Shown: positions 27,913 to 40,040, numbered from the stretch's first letter. The stretch: 61,382 bases of DNA from Candidatus Parcubacteria bacterium (GCA_963806325.1 CAWDXL010000006.1:1-61382), one strand, 5' to 3'. The notes: generated by a model not told the origin, from the sequence alone. Program-made: numbers and translations.

Positions 27913-29691
27913 ATGCACGATCGAATTAAAAATATCATAGAGCAGGCCTTGGTGAGCTTTGGCGTGCCGAAAGATATGGTAGCGGTGAGTGTCGAGCATA
28001 CTGCCGATTTTCGATTTGGCGATTATACGACTAATGTTGCCATGATTCTCGTGAAATCAATGGGCGCGACGGTTAAGGATCCGTTTGAGCTTGCCCAGAA
28101 TATTGTTAAAAAAATTCAAAGTGAACTTACGCTCGCGAAAAGTATTTCGATTGAAAAAGTGGAGGCGGTGCGGCCAGGCTTCATCAATTTTCACCTTTCA
28201 AAATCGGCATGCATCGAGGCTGTCGAAGAAGCACATGAAAAGAAAGTGTGGTACGGCAAAAGCACCAAGCTATGGAATAAGAAAATCATTATTGAGCATA
28301 CAAACTTCAACTTATTCAAGCCTTTTCATATTGGCCACTTGGTGAATAATGCAGTGGGGGAATCACTTTCTCGCCTTTTTGAATTTCAAGATGCAAAACT
28401 GACGCGTGCGAGCTATGGAAGCGATATTGGCCTGCCGGTCGCCAAAGCTGTGTGGGGAATTATGCAATATAAAGGAGAGTTTGCTGATAATTCATCAATG
28501 AAAACTCACATTGATTTTATTGGCCGAGCCTATGCGCACGGCTCAAAAATGTTTGACGAGCAGGAGGAAAGCAAAAAAGAAATCCAGGAAATAAACAAAA
28601 AAATTTATTTGAAAAACGATCCTGTAGTGAATGAAATATATGCCTGGGGCAGGGATATAAGTATGAAGTATACTCAAGAAATTCATGCTCTCCTCGGTAC
28701 CCACATGGATTACAATTTTTGGGAAAGCGATGTGGCCGACGAAGGCGTGAAAATTGTGATGGAAGGTTTGGAAAAGGGAATCTTTGAGAGAAGCGAGGGA
28801 GCAATTATTTTTCCAGGTGAAAAGTATGGTTTGCATAGCAGGGTTTTTATTACTTCGCAAGGATTGCCGACATATGAAGCCAAAGAGCTAGGGTTGACCA
28901 AGAAAAAGTTTGAATTACATGATTTTGACCGTTCGATTGTTGTTACCGATAATGAGCAAAAAGACTACTTTAAGGTGGTGATAAAAGCACTGGAACTCAT
29001 GTATCCGGAAATTGCTTCCCGTACGCAGCACATCAGCCACGGTACTCTCCGTCTTGAGAGTGGAAAAATGTCGTCTCGAAAAGGCGGGGTGATTATGGGC
29101 GAATCTCTTTTGAATGACACTAAAACTGCTATTGCAAGTAAAATGTCAGAATGCAGTGACATGTCTGAGGCGGAAAAAAATGAAATTGTTTTGAAGGTGG
29201 CAATAGCAGCAATAAAATATTCAATTTTGCGCCAGTCGATCGGCAAAGATATTGTGTTTGATCCTGAAAAATCAATTTCATTTGAAGGAGACTCCGGCCC
29301 GTATCTGCAGTATACATTTGTGCGTACAAAATCAGTCTTGGCTAAGGCGCTGAAAGATGGAGTCTCATCAAGTGTGCATGATGATGCTGATAAAAAAACA
29401 AAAAACAATCACAAAAACGATTCAATAGAAAGTCCTGTTTTTCTTTTAGAACGACTGCTTGTGCGATTCCCGGAAATCGTCCAGCGCGCCGCTACCGACT
29501 ATGCTCCAAGCACGATTGCGACATATCTCACGCACCTTGCAGGCGAATTCAATAGTTTCTACGCGCACACTAAAATAGTAGATAAAAAAGACGAAACATC
29601 ACCGTACAAAATCGCGCTTACTGAAGCTGTGGGTATTGTCTTAAAAAACGGTATGTACCTTTTAGGTATTGATGCACCGGAGAGGATGTGA
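27913..29691 (+). CDS. argS: Arginyl-tRNA synthetase
   Basis: FGDYTTN, KPFHIGH, KMSSRKG, GDSGPYLQY and APERM. Confidence 0.97.
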   Translation: MHDRIKNIIEQALVSFGVPKDMVAVSVEHTADFRFGDYTTNVAMILVKSMGATVKDPFELAQNIVKKIQSELTLAKSISIEKVEAVRPGFINFHLSKSACIEAVEEAHEKKVWYGKSTKLWNKKIIIEHTNFNLFKPFHIGHLVNNAVGESLSRLFEFQDAKLTRASYGSDIGLPVAKAVWGIMQYKGEFADNSSMKTHIDFIGRAYAHGSKMFDEQEESKKEIQEINKKIYLKNDPVVNEIYAWGRDISMKYTQEIHALLGTHMDYNFWESDVADEGVKIVMEGLEKGIFERSEGAIIFPGEKYGLHSRVFITSQGLPTYEAKELGLTKKKFELHDFDRSIVVTDNEQKDYFKVVIKALELMYPEIASRTQHISHGTLRLESGKMSSRKGGVIMGESLLNDTKTAIASKMSECSDMSEAEKNEIVLKVAIAAIKYSILRQSIGKDIVFDPEKSISFEGDSGPYLQYTFVRTKSVLAKALKDGVSSSVHDDADKKTKNNHKNDSIESPVFLLERLLVRFPEIVQRAATDYAPSTIATYLTHLAGEFNSFYAHTKIVDKKDETSPYKIALTEAVGIVLKNGMYLLGIDAPERM

Positions 29692-29695
29692 TTTA

Positions 29696-29736
29696 CCACA
29701 CCCCCTGGCCCCCTCTCAAACTGAGAGGAGGAAACT
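29696..29736 (+). repeat. CCCCTCC-hairpin intergenic repeat, divergent copy
   Basis: CCCCCTGGCCCCCTCTC-AAACT-GAGAGGAGGAAA resembles the reverse complement of the 32180 and 53557 copies. Confidence 0.55.
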
Positions 29737-29823
29737 GCTAAAGAATCTCCTGTGGATAACGTTTCACCCCCCCATTGCTATGCTACAATGTAACTACAAT
29801 TTAATACTTTCCTAATCCACATC

Positions 29824-32115
29824 ATGAAAAAATTCTCTTCTCTTCTCTTCTCTTAGCTAGTTTTGCGATTGGAATAATTATTTCTCCATATAAAGTTTTT
29901 GCTACAACACTTTTACAAGATTCTTTTAGTGGTACGACAATAGATACGACAAAATGGACTGAGTCTGATTCTGGCGGTTTGGGTGGAACTGTAGGTAATG
30001 TTCAACAAAATAATGGTTTAAATATGATTGGTGACGAAGGAACGTGGGGAGACAATGCTTTGGTAAGTAATTCTACTTTCAGCCAAGGTTCAGGTGATAT
30101 CACGATTAATGTTGACATAACATCTTCCGATTGTTCCCAGACAGAAGATGCGGTTGTTGGATATGGTACTGATGCTATTGATAACCTCTCTTCACGCAAT
30201 ACATACGGTTTCTCAAATAGTGGTACTACTTTATTTTACATAAATGGTACTTATAGCCCAGTTGATACTGGTTTTACATGTACAAATGGTGTTCCATATC
30301 ATGCAAAATTTGTGATTTTACAATCCGGCGGAGCACAAGTTTATATAAATAATTCTGTAACCCCAAATGCCTCAGTATCCGGTCCGGTGCTTACCAATCA
30401 GCCTGTTTATTTAATGACTAAAAATAATAATGCACACATTATTTTTAACAATTACATTGTAACTCAAACAGGTAGTTTATCTCTGGCAGCACCATCATTT
30501 ATTTCGACGGGGACAAGTACACTACAAGTTTCTGATTCAGTAGCAACAGGAGGAGTTAGTCCTTATACGTATCAATGGAAACGTAGTACTGTATCTGGTG
30601 GCCCATATACAAATGTATCCGGCGCTACAAATCTTTTATTAAATGATAACAATCTTTCTTCTGCAACAGATTATTATTATGTTTTGACCGCAAACGATTC
30701 TTCAGTGTCATTAGGTACGAGCACTGAAATTCATATAAAAACTCAACCGTCGACCATATCAAATGCCGTTATTGTTGGAATCGGAGACTCAATAACAAAT
30801 GGAGGAAATAATACAGGAGGTATTTCTCCACTTGTACCTTTACAAAATCAAATGTTGGCGACTAATCATTTTAATTCAGTTAGTACTTATAATCATGGAG
30901 TTAGTGGTTCAGCAACGGGTGATTGGCAACCTGGAAGTTCAAATTTGAATTCTGCAATCAGTGACATACAGAATAATGGGGCAAACATTGTAACAATTTT
31001 ACTTGATGCCAATGATGCTAAAATTGCTGCTAATACATCAACTTCTACCTTTCAGACTAATTTTTCCAATATTTTAACCACTTTGCAAAATCTAGGAATT
31101 CAGCATATTTTTGTTAGTGATCCCACATATATAAATTATTCGCTAACCTCAGGTGTATGGACTGCACAATCACTGATAGATATTTTAAATTACCGAAGTA
31201 TTACTAATTCTTTTGCTAATGGTTCAAGTATTCAAGAGATTGGGAAGAATCCTAGCTTATATGTTACAACTCAAAATTATCCCACAACCTATATACTTTC
31301 TGATGGTGCTCATCTAACAACCGCAGGCGTTAATCTTGTTGGCGACGAATGGGCTCGGGACATCGACAACATCCTCAATCCCGCCACAATTTCTTTTACA
31401 ACACCAACAAGCGGTTCAATAGTCTCAGGAACATCCACTGCTCTCACGGTGTCAACGACAGGTAATGTTGCCGGGGGTTCAATTCATGCTTGATGGATTA
31501 AATATCGGTACTCAAGCAACCACATCTCCATACTCAATTGTCTGGGATACCACAAGTGTAGCTGATGGCAACCACACTTTTCTTGCGGTGGCTCAAGATA
31601 CTACGGGTAATTATTCAACATCTTCTCCTCTAACTATTACTGTTCGAAATCATACTGTTACTCCCACTACAACCCCCACCTCCACCGGTGTCGGCATCCC
31701 CTCCTCCAGCGGCTCCTACGGCATCCCATTCACACCCGTAGTATCATCAACCAGTCCAACCTGTCCCCCTGGAGCACTGTACAACTCTCAGACAGGCTCC
31801 CACTGCCCTGGCACCTACACCTACGTCAAACAACCCTCCACTCCTCACATACCAGCTACACCATATACATACCCTCCAACTCCAACCTCTTCCTACACCT
31901 TTACCCACAACCTAACACTGGGAAGTACTAATCCAGACGTTAAACAACTCCAGCTTTTTCTTACAACCCAAGGCTTCCTCAACAAGAAGTATGACACTGG
32001 CTACTTTGGCATACTCACTCGTACTGCTCTCTCTAAGTTCCAAGCTAAGTATGGCATTAGTCCGAGTGTAGGGTACTTTGGAGCTGTGACGAGAAAAGCT
32101 ATCTCTACTCAATAA
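29824..32115 (+). CDS. Secreted multidomain protein: beta-rich N-terminus, SGNH/GDSL hydrolase, Ig-like domain, Cys motif, C-terminal peptidoglycan-binding domain (frameshifts near 29830 and 31480)
   Basis: Signal-like LLLASFAIGIIISPYKVFA; SGNH blocks GDSIT, NHGVSG, ANDA and DGAH; FTHNLTLGSTNPDVKQLQLFL...GYFGILTR (PG-binding). Confidence 0.8.
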
Positions 32116-32134
32116 CTGTCACAATCAGGATGCT

Positions 32135-32163
32135 CTGGATTCCCGCCTGCGCGGGAATGACAG
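32135..32163. repeat. ATTCCC-N8-GGGAAT (dRS3/REP-like) palindromic repeat, copy 1
   Basis: CTGGATTCCCGCCTGCGCGGGAATGACAG differs at 2 of 29 nt from the reverse complement of 49991-50019. Confidence 0.85.
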
Positions 32164-32179
32164 AGTGTATTATTTGGGC

Positions 32180-32215
32180 TTCCCCTCCTGTGCAAGGAGG
32201 GGATTGAGGGGAGGT
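32180..32215 (-). repeat. CCCCTCC-hairpin intergenic repeat
   Basis: TTCCCCTCCTGTGCAAGGAGGGGATTGAGGGGAGG is nearly identical to 53557-53589. Confidence 0.85.
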
Positions 32216-32267
32216 TGAATATTGCATTTTTGGCATCCACTCTAAAAAGTGCTAGTATTTAAGCCAT

Positions 32268-35200
32268 ATGTCAGAAGAACAGAAGCAGAAAAAGAGCCTG
32301 ATTGCCGAACGCGAAGAGGCAACGCTCAAATTTTGGCAGGAAAACAAAATTTTTGAAAAGTCATTAGCCAAGCCTTCTCCGAAAGGCAACTTTGTCTTTT
32401 ATGATGGTCCGCCGTTTGCCACAGGCTTGCCGCACTACGGGCATATTCTTGCGAGTACCATTAAAGATGCAGTACCTCGCTACAAAACGATGCAGGGCTT
32501 TCACGTTGACCGAAGATGGGGCTGGGATACTCATGGCTTGCCGATTGAAAATATCGTTGAAAAAGATTTGAAAGTCTCCGGCCGAAAAGAAATTGAAGCG
32601 CTTGGCATTGATACATTCAATGAGCACGCGCGTTCTAAAGTGCTCCAATATGTCCATGAATGGAAACGGACGGTGTCGCGCATTGCCCGCTGGGTTGATT
32701 TTGATGGGGCATACATGACGATGGACAATAGCTACATCGAATCTGTTTGGTGGGCACTCAAAGAAATGTACAGCATGGATTTGCTGTATGAAAGTACGCG
32801 CGTGCTGCCGTATTGTCCGCGCTGCGAGACGCCGATTGCCAACTCCGAGATCGCCATGGATAACAGCTACAAAGACATCGCTGATATTTCGGTGTATGTA
32901 AAATTTGAGCTCAAAGATGAGCCAGGCACTTTTTTAATTGCGTGGACTACTACACCCTGGACACTTCCTGGAAATACTGCGCTTGCCGTGCACCCTGATA
33001 TAGTCTATGTAAAAATAAAAACAGATTCTGAAAATATTATTCTTGCTAAAGAAAAACTAACTATCAAAGCCTTGGAGGGTGTGAAGTACGAGATTTTAGA
33101 AGAATTTACAGGTGAGAAATTGGTAGGGAAATCATATAAGCCTGTGTTCGATTACTACGTCGACACACCAATGCCGGACAAAGAAAATATTTGGAAAATT
33201 TATCCTGCACCGTATGTCACGCTGGAGTCAGGCACGGCCATTGTGCACCTTGCGCCAAATTACGGCGAAGAAGATATGGCACTTGCCAAAAAGCTTGCTA
33301 TCCCGACCATTCATCATGTCGGGCTTGATGGCAGATTTTTGCCTGAAGTGAAAGATTTTGCCGGGCTCAAAGTGAAGCCGAAGGAAGATCATCAGGCTGG
33401 TGATGTGGAAATTATTAAAAATCTGGCGAAGAGGGGAATGCTCTTTGCTAAAGAAAAAATTGTCCACTCGTATCCGCACTGCTATCGCTGCGATACTCCG
33501 CTTATTTATTATGCATTACCGGCATGGTTTGTCCGCATTCAAAATGTGAGCCTCGGCTTGTAGAGCTTAATGAAAAAATCCACTGGGTACCTGATCATCT
33601 CAAAGAGGGGAGATTTAGGAAGAGTATGGAAGCGGCACCCGACTGGAATATTTCCCGCAATCGTTTCTGGGCATCGCCGCTGCCTATTTGGACATGCAAA
33701 GCCTGCGGGAAAAAAGAAGTGATCGGTTCTATTGAGGATCTTAAAAATCGTACGCGCAGAAATACATACACTGTTATTCGGCATGGCGAAGCATTGAGCA
33801 ATGTCGAAGATATTTTAAGTTGCGATCCGCAGGCTGCATATCCGCTGACAGCAAAAGGCAAGCAGCAAGTTGCCGATGCTGCCGCTCTGCTCAAGAAAAA
33901 TAATACAGACATGATTATCAGTTCCGATATTGTCCGCACAAAAGAAACGACAGAAATTCTGCAAAAAAATCTGAGTATAGATTCAAAGAATGTTTTTTAT
34001 GACGAGCGCCTGCGGGAATATGATTTTGGAAAGTACGACGGGAAAAAGCGCGACGAACTGCATAAATATTGGCAGACGAGAAATTGGGCGGATGTGAGTG
34101 ATAAAGTTCCCGGAGGAGAATCACCGCTCGATATGCAAAACAGATTGGCTCAGTTTATTGGGGAAATAGACGCAAAATATTCCGGAAAAAATATTTTAAT
34201 CGTGTCGCACCAGGATACGATCGGTTATTTAATATGCTACGCAAACGCGGAAAATATCGCCACGATCTCGAAAGAAAAATGGGATCGCTATCAGATTGAT
34301 AATGCTGAAATCAGGCCTTTAGACTACGCTAAGCTTCCAAGAAATAAAGAGCATGGTCTTGATTTGCATCGTCCGTATATTGATGAACTGCGTTTTTCAT
34401 GCACATGCGGCGCAACACTTGAACGCATTCCAGAAGTCATTGATTGCTGGTTTGAATCCGGCTCGATGCCTTTTGCGCAGGGACACTACCCATTTGATAA
34501 AAAACAGTGGTTCCACGATAATTTCCCGTCTGATTTTGTGGTGGAATATATTGCTCAGACACGCACGTGGTTTTACTACATGCTCGCCGTCTCTGGAATT
34601 TTATTTGATGAAATACCGTTTAAGAATGTAGTTACGACAGGAACTGTCCTCGCGGAAGACGGGCAAAAGATGTCTAAATCAAAAGGCAATTTTCCTGACC
34701 CATGGATTCTCTTTGATAAATATGGTGTTGACGCACTGCGTTTTTATCTTCTGTCATCGCCGCTTATGAAATCGGAAGATCTTAATTTTTCAGAAAAAGA
34801 CGTTGATGCGGTGGCAAAAAAACTCATCATGCGCCTCAACAACGTGGTCTCTTTCTATGAGCTCTATGCACATGGTGACGTGGCGGCACAGGCCTCAAGC
34901 AGCAATATTCTTGATATGTGGATCATTGCCCGTCTTTATACATTGATCGGAGAAGTGGGTGAACATATGGAAACGTACGAGCTTGATCAGGCGGTGCGGC
35001 CATTTGAGCTTTTTATTGACGATCTTTCCACCTGGTATCTCCGCCGCTCGCGCGATCGGTTTAAAGATGAGAGTGATGATAAAAAAATGGCTGTTGGCCA
35101 CTGACAAAATTTGTTTTGGCTGAGCTCTCAAAACTTTTGGCTCCATTCATGCCGTTCTTGGCAGAAGATGTATATCAGAAAGTGAAAGGTGAAAAAGGGC

Positions 35201-35766
35201 TTGAAAGCGTTCATCTCGAATTGTGGCCAAAATGTGTTGCACCCAACAAAACTCTGCTCGAAAAAATGCAGGCAGTCAGAACTATTGTTTCCCTCGGGCT
35301 TGAAGCGCGGGCCAAAGCCGGTATTAAAGTACGGCAGCCGCTCGCATCGCTTGCGATAAAAAATGATGCATATGCGGACGATCAGGATCTTGCTGAATTG
35401 ATTAAAGACGAACTGAATATCAAAGAGCTGAAATCAAACCCTTCAATGACTGAAGAGGTGCTGCTCGACACAGCAATGACTCCTGAGCTCACACAAGAAG
35501 GGCAGGCTCGGGAGTTTATACGATCCGTGCAGGAACTTCGCAAAAAAGCAAAATGCGATCCTCATGAAATGCTTGTTCTTTCTGTTGATACATCCAAGGA
35601 GGGCAGAGAGCTCATAGAAAAATTTAAGGCTGATATTTCAAAAACCGCTCAGCTTTCCAGTATCACATTTAATTCTTTGTCCGGTGAATCAGATTCAAAA
35701 GAAATCATGCAAAAGGAGGAGGTAAAAGTAGACAAGCTTTCGTTTAGTATTGCTATCATCCGGTAG
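32268..35766 (+). CDS. ileS: Isoleucyl-tRNA synthetase (type 2) with an inserted histidine-phosphatase domain; frameshifts near 33545 and 35100
   Basis: GPPFATGLPHYGH, WTTTPWTLP, WNISRNRFW, DLHRPYID, WFESGSMP and KMSKS; insertion from RHG to SH at about 33760-34330. Confidence 0.95.
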
Positions 35767-35768
35767 GT

Positions 35769-36371
35769 ATGGCGCATCATATTTACACTACCGATGCGCT
35801 GGTTGTGGAGGGGACAAATTCCGGCGAAGCAAATAAAAGCTTCCTGCTTTTTACCTCAGAGCTCGGCATGATACGCGCTCATGCTCAGGGTGTGCGGCTT
35901 TTGAAATCGAAACTTCGATTTTCTCTCCAGGAATATGAGCATGTCTCGATATCGGTCGTGCGCGGGAAAGAGATGTGGAGAATTACGAGCTGCCGACCTC
36001 TCAAATCTCTGTTTAAACAAGCTGAGCTCGGAGACGCAGAGGAGAAAGATATGCTCATCACTCTTGCCCGTGTGTGTGCTCTCATCAAACGCCTCATGCC
36101 GCACGAAGAAAAGCACGAAAAGCTTTTTGAATATGTCATCAGTGTTTTTTTGTACGCGTGCCATGAGCTGCTCGACACTGAAGACATTAAGAATTTTGAG
36201 TGCATTATCGTACTCAATCTTCTTTATGAGCTCGGCTATCTTGGACGCATTATTGAGCTCGAAGAATTTATCTACGCTCCGCTTTCGGGAACACTTCTGA
36301 AAAGGCTTGGTAGTGTCAGAAAAATAGCCTACCAAGAAATCAACCGATCACTGCGGGAGACGCAGCTCTAG
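35769..36371 (+). CDS. recO: DNA repair protein RecO
   Basis: GEANK..LLFT.ELG.I.A.AQGVR..KSKL OB-fold N-terminus. Confidence 0.8.
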   Translation: MAHHIYTTDALVVEGTNSGEANKSFLLFTSELGMIRAHAQGVRLLKSKLRFSLQEYEHVSISVVRGKEMWRITSCRPLKSLFKQAELGDAEEKDMLITLARVCALIKRLMPHEEKHEKLFEYVISVFLYACHELLDTEDIKNFECIIVLNLLYELGYLGRIIELEEFIYAPLSGTLLKRLGSVRKIAYQEINRSLRETQL

Positions 36372-36391
36372 ACATGCTATAATTATTTATC

Positions 36392-38318
36392 ATGGCAAAA
36401 GACCCCGGTTCTATCGATGGTATCGAGCGTATGGAGAAAAGTATATACGCTCGCAATTATCCAAATCAAATTACGCCGCGCGCTCCGCTTTCGCAGGAGC
36501 ATTTTGACGTGAACGATGACTGGAAAGACAAGAAAAACTGGGATGATGATACTGACCCCAATGCAAACATTCCGCCCGGCTCGGTATTTAAAAAAATTCT
36601 CATTGGCTCAATGGTGTTCTTTTTTTTGTGCGCCGGCATCGCAGCTTTTGCTTTTTGGCGCGGTATTAATGTGGTTTCTGCCGACAAAGTGGATGTAACA
36701 TTTGTGGGTCCGACTGCCGTAAATGCAGGCGATAGTACGTCAGTCACCGTCAATATTGCCAACAATAACTCCACACCCCTCACAAATCTTGTTTTGTATA
36801 TTAGCTATCCCGACGGCACAAAATCCGCGCTCAATATTTCATCTGATCTTTTGCACGAGACTGATACGATTGGTGCAATTCCAGCTGGGGGGAGTGCTCA
36901 GAAAGATCTGACATTCGTTCTTTTTGGCGCTGCTCCGTCGCTTAAAGATATTGATGTGAAGCTTCAATATGGCATTCCAAATTCAAATCAGGTATTTACA
37001 AAAGATAAAGTGTATGAAGCTCAGATTGTCTCGTCTCCGCTTAGCTTGTCGGCGGATTATCCTTCGTCAGTTTCTTCAGGAGGGAATGCAACATTTACAC
37101 TCACGGTAGTATCAAACTCAAGCTCACTGCTGCCAAATATGCTTCTCGAAGCCGATTATCCGTTCGGTTTTTCGTTTCAAAGTGCCTCTCCCACACCGAC
37201 GCTTGGTCAATCGCTGTGGAGCCTGCCTGCTATGAAGCCGGGCGATAAAAAAGTATTTACTATTACCGGCGAGATGGATGGTGAAGAAGGAGATGTAAGG
37301 ATCATGAGATTTTCAGTAGGAGCGGCAAGCTCTTCAAATCCAAGATTAATATCAACAACTTATGTCACTGCATCGGATCCGGTGACGGTACATAAAGCAC
37401 CGCTCGCCGTCACTGCTGATTTTGGTGTAGACAATCAGCCAATGGTAACTCTAGCTCCAGGAAAAGATGAGCCAGGCTCAATCACGATCACCAACAATCT
37501 TCCTGTGCAAGTAGTCGACAGCCAGATCTCCCGTTAAATTTTCAGGAAATGGTTTTGATCCGGCATCTGTAGCGAGTGGAGATGGCCTCTATCGCCAGCC
37601 TGCACAGAGCATTATGTGGGATAAAACAGTATATCCGGCGCTTGCCACGCTCAATCCTGGCGACAGTGTCGAAGTCAATTTTGACTTCGCGTCTCTTTCA
37701 GCATCACAACTTGCCAGCGTTAAAAATGGGACTGTTACACTTGCGATTAGTGTGACAGGTCTCAAAGTTGGAGATAGTGCACAAAATGACGCTCTTTCCT
37801 CCACACTCACGCGCTCGCTCAAAATACAGCCGCAGATTGATCTCATTCCTCGTTTAGTATATTCACAGGGACCATTTAAAAACACGGGCCCTGTACCGCC
37901 GAAAGCCGATACAAAAACGACGTACACGGTCATGTGGACTATTACAGGTTCTCCCGATGATGTTTCAGGTCTTACGGTGACCGCCGTATTGCCAAGCTAT
38001 GTCACCTGGCTCGGTGCTGTAAATCCTTCTACTGAAAACATTACTTGGAATGCTGAGCAAAATGAGGTAGTGTGGCATGTGGACGATATTCCTCCTGGGC
38101 AGGCGGGGGCTCCGGCAAAAGAAGTCGATTTCCAGATAGCGTTTACACCTAGTACCAGCCAAAAGGGTATCCAGCCGCCTCCGGATGTTGTTCAAAACAT
38201 GACATATCAGGCCACCGACAGCTACACAGGCGCTACATTATCGGGGACAAAAACCAATCTGAATACAAGCCTCTCGACTGATCCCCAGTTCTCATCCACA
38301 TCGGGCATCGTACAATAA
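36392..38318 (+). CDS. Single-TM protein with multiple Ig-like (DUF11-like) domains; frameshift near 37535
   Basis: Cytoplasmic N-terminus, one TM, repeated beta-sandwich patterns and GPVPPKADTKTTYTVMW. Confidence 0.65.
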
Positions 38319-38327
38319 TTTACTTAT

Positions 38328-39725
38328 ATGAAATCACAACCAGAAGATCTGAAAAAGGAAGAAAAAAAATCAACCATGGAAGATTTGATATCGCTTGCCA
38401 AGCGCCGCGGTTTCATTTATCAGGGCTCTGAAATTTATGGCGGTCTTGCCGGCACCTGGGACTACGGTCCGCTCGGCGTGGCTCTCAAGAAAAATATAGA
38501 AAATCTCTGGTGGAAACGGTTTGTCGAGGATAGGGAAGATATGTATGGTATGGACGCCGCAATTTTAATGAATCAGAATGTTTGGAAAGCTTCCGGCCAT
38601 GTTGGCGGGTTTTCTGATCCACTTGTAGAAGACATAAAGACAAAAAAGAGATATCGCGCTGATCATTTGCTCGAAGAACAGAATATTGACCCGAAAGGCA
38701 TGACACTTGCGGAGATGGATGCACTTATCAAAGAAAAGAAAATCAAAAGCCCTGATGGCAACCAGCTTGGTGACGTTCGCCAGTTTAATATGATGTTTAA
38801 GACGCACGTAGGTGCGACAGAAGATGAATCTTCTACCTCATATTTGCGGCCGGAGACAGCTCAAGGTATGTTTATAAATTTTAAGAATATCATCGATAGC
38901 TTCCATCCGCGGTTGCCATTTGGCATGGCTCAAATCGGTAAAGCATTCCGCAATGAAATTGCTCCCCGCGATTTTATTTTCCGCGTGCGTGAGCTTGAAC
39001 AGATGGAAATAGAATACTTTGTGAAGCCAGATGTCTGGAAAGATATTTTTGGAGCTTTTCAAAAAGAGCAGGTTGATTTTCTGGTGTACAATCTTGGTCT
39101 GACTCCTTCTAAAATTCATCAAGTTGATATTCCTGCCGCCGACCGGGCTCACTACTCAAAACACAGCGTAGACACCGAATTTGATTTTGCTATTGGACAG
39201 AAAGAGCTGCTTGGTCTCGCGTATCGGACCGATTATGATCTCAAGGCACATATCACCGCGAGCGGTACCGACCTTTCGTATTATGATGAAGAAACAAAAG
39301 AGAGATTTATTCCGCATTGCATCGAGCCGACCTTCGGCCTCGGACGACTGCTGCTTGCAGTCATTTCTGATGCGTATACCGAAGATGAGCTTGGTGGAGA
39401 AAAAAGAATTTACCTCAAGCTTTCAAAAAATGTCGCTCCGGTGAAAGTGGCAGTCTTTCCATTATTAAAAAACAAACCGGTGCTTGTCGAAAAAGCTCGG
39501 GAAGTGTATGCGATGCTCAAAAAAGATATTAAGGGTGTGGTGTTTGATGATAACGGCAATATCGGCAAGCGCTACCGACGCCAGGATGAGATCGGTACGC
39601 CATTTTGCGTCACTATAGACTTTGATACTATTGAAAAAGATGCTGGCGTCACCGTCCGTAATCGAGATACGGGAGAGCAGAAGAGGGTTGCTATTGTTGA
39701 TCTCAAGCAGACACTCGGCCTATAG
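38328..39725 (+). CDS. glyQS: Glycyl-tRNA synthetase, alpha2 (class II) type
   Basis: KRRGF, YLRPETAQG, GKAFRNEI, FRVRE.EQME and GKRYRRQDEIGTP. Confidence 0.96.
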   Translation: MKSQPEDLKKEEKKSTMEDLISLAKRRGFIYQGSEIYGGLAGTWDYGPLGVALKKNIENLWWKRFVEDREDMYGMDAAILMNQNVWKASGHVGGFSDPLVEDIKTKKRYRADHLLEEQNIDPKGMTLAEMDALIKEKKIKSPDGNQLGDVRQFNMMFKTHVGATEDESSTSYLRPETAQGMFINFKNIIDSFHPRLPFGMAQIGKAFRNEIAPRDFIFRVRELEQMEIEYFVKPDVWKDIFGAFQKEQVDFLVYNLGLTPSKIHQVDIPAADRAHYSKHSVDTEFDFAIGQKELLGLAYRTDYDLKAHITASGTDLSYYDEETKERFIPHCIEPTFGLGRLLLAVISDAYTEDELGGEKRIYLKLSKNVAPVKVAVFPLLKNKPVLVEKAREVYAMLKKDIKGVVFDDNGNIGKRYRRQDEIGTPFCVTIDFDTIEKDAGVTVRNRDTGEQKRVAIVDLKQTLGL

Positions 39726-39809
39726 ACAAATCTATTGATTAGCTGTAATCTCTTGCGAGATGTGCGTCAGGTGGCGCACACGATCCAATAGCATAAAGGA
39801 GTTACTATC

Positions 39810-40040
39810 GTGACACAACAGGATCAGGGAATTGTACTTGAAGAGCCGATTGCTGCTGAAATATCAGCCGATTCTCTCAGTGAGCCTGAACAGCATGCGC
39901 TCAATTACATTCGGGCGAAGCTGAGAAGGACCGTTAAGGAAGCTCTTGAGGGTCTTGCCCGACTGCCCCAAACATGGGAGGTGAGGGTATTTGTTAATAT
40001 GCTGAAGTTGTTTGATTCTGATATTCTTTCCGGCAAGTGA
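39810..40040 (+). CDS. Orphan small hypothetical protein
   Basis: AAGGAG SD 8 nt before GTG; fills the gap between glyQS and the M16 gene. Confidence 0.45.
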   Translation: MTQQDQGIVLEEPIAAEISADSLSEPEQHALNYIRAKLRRTVKEALEGLARLPQTWEVRVFVNMLKLFDSDILSGK

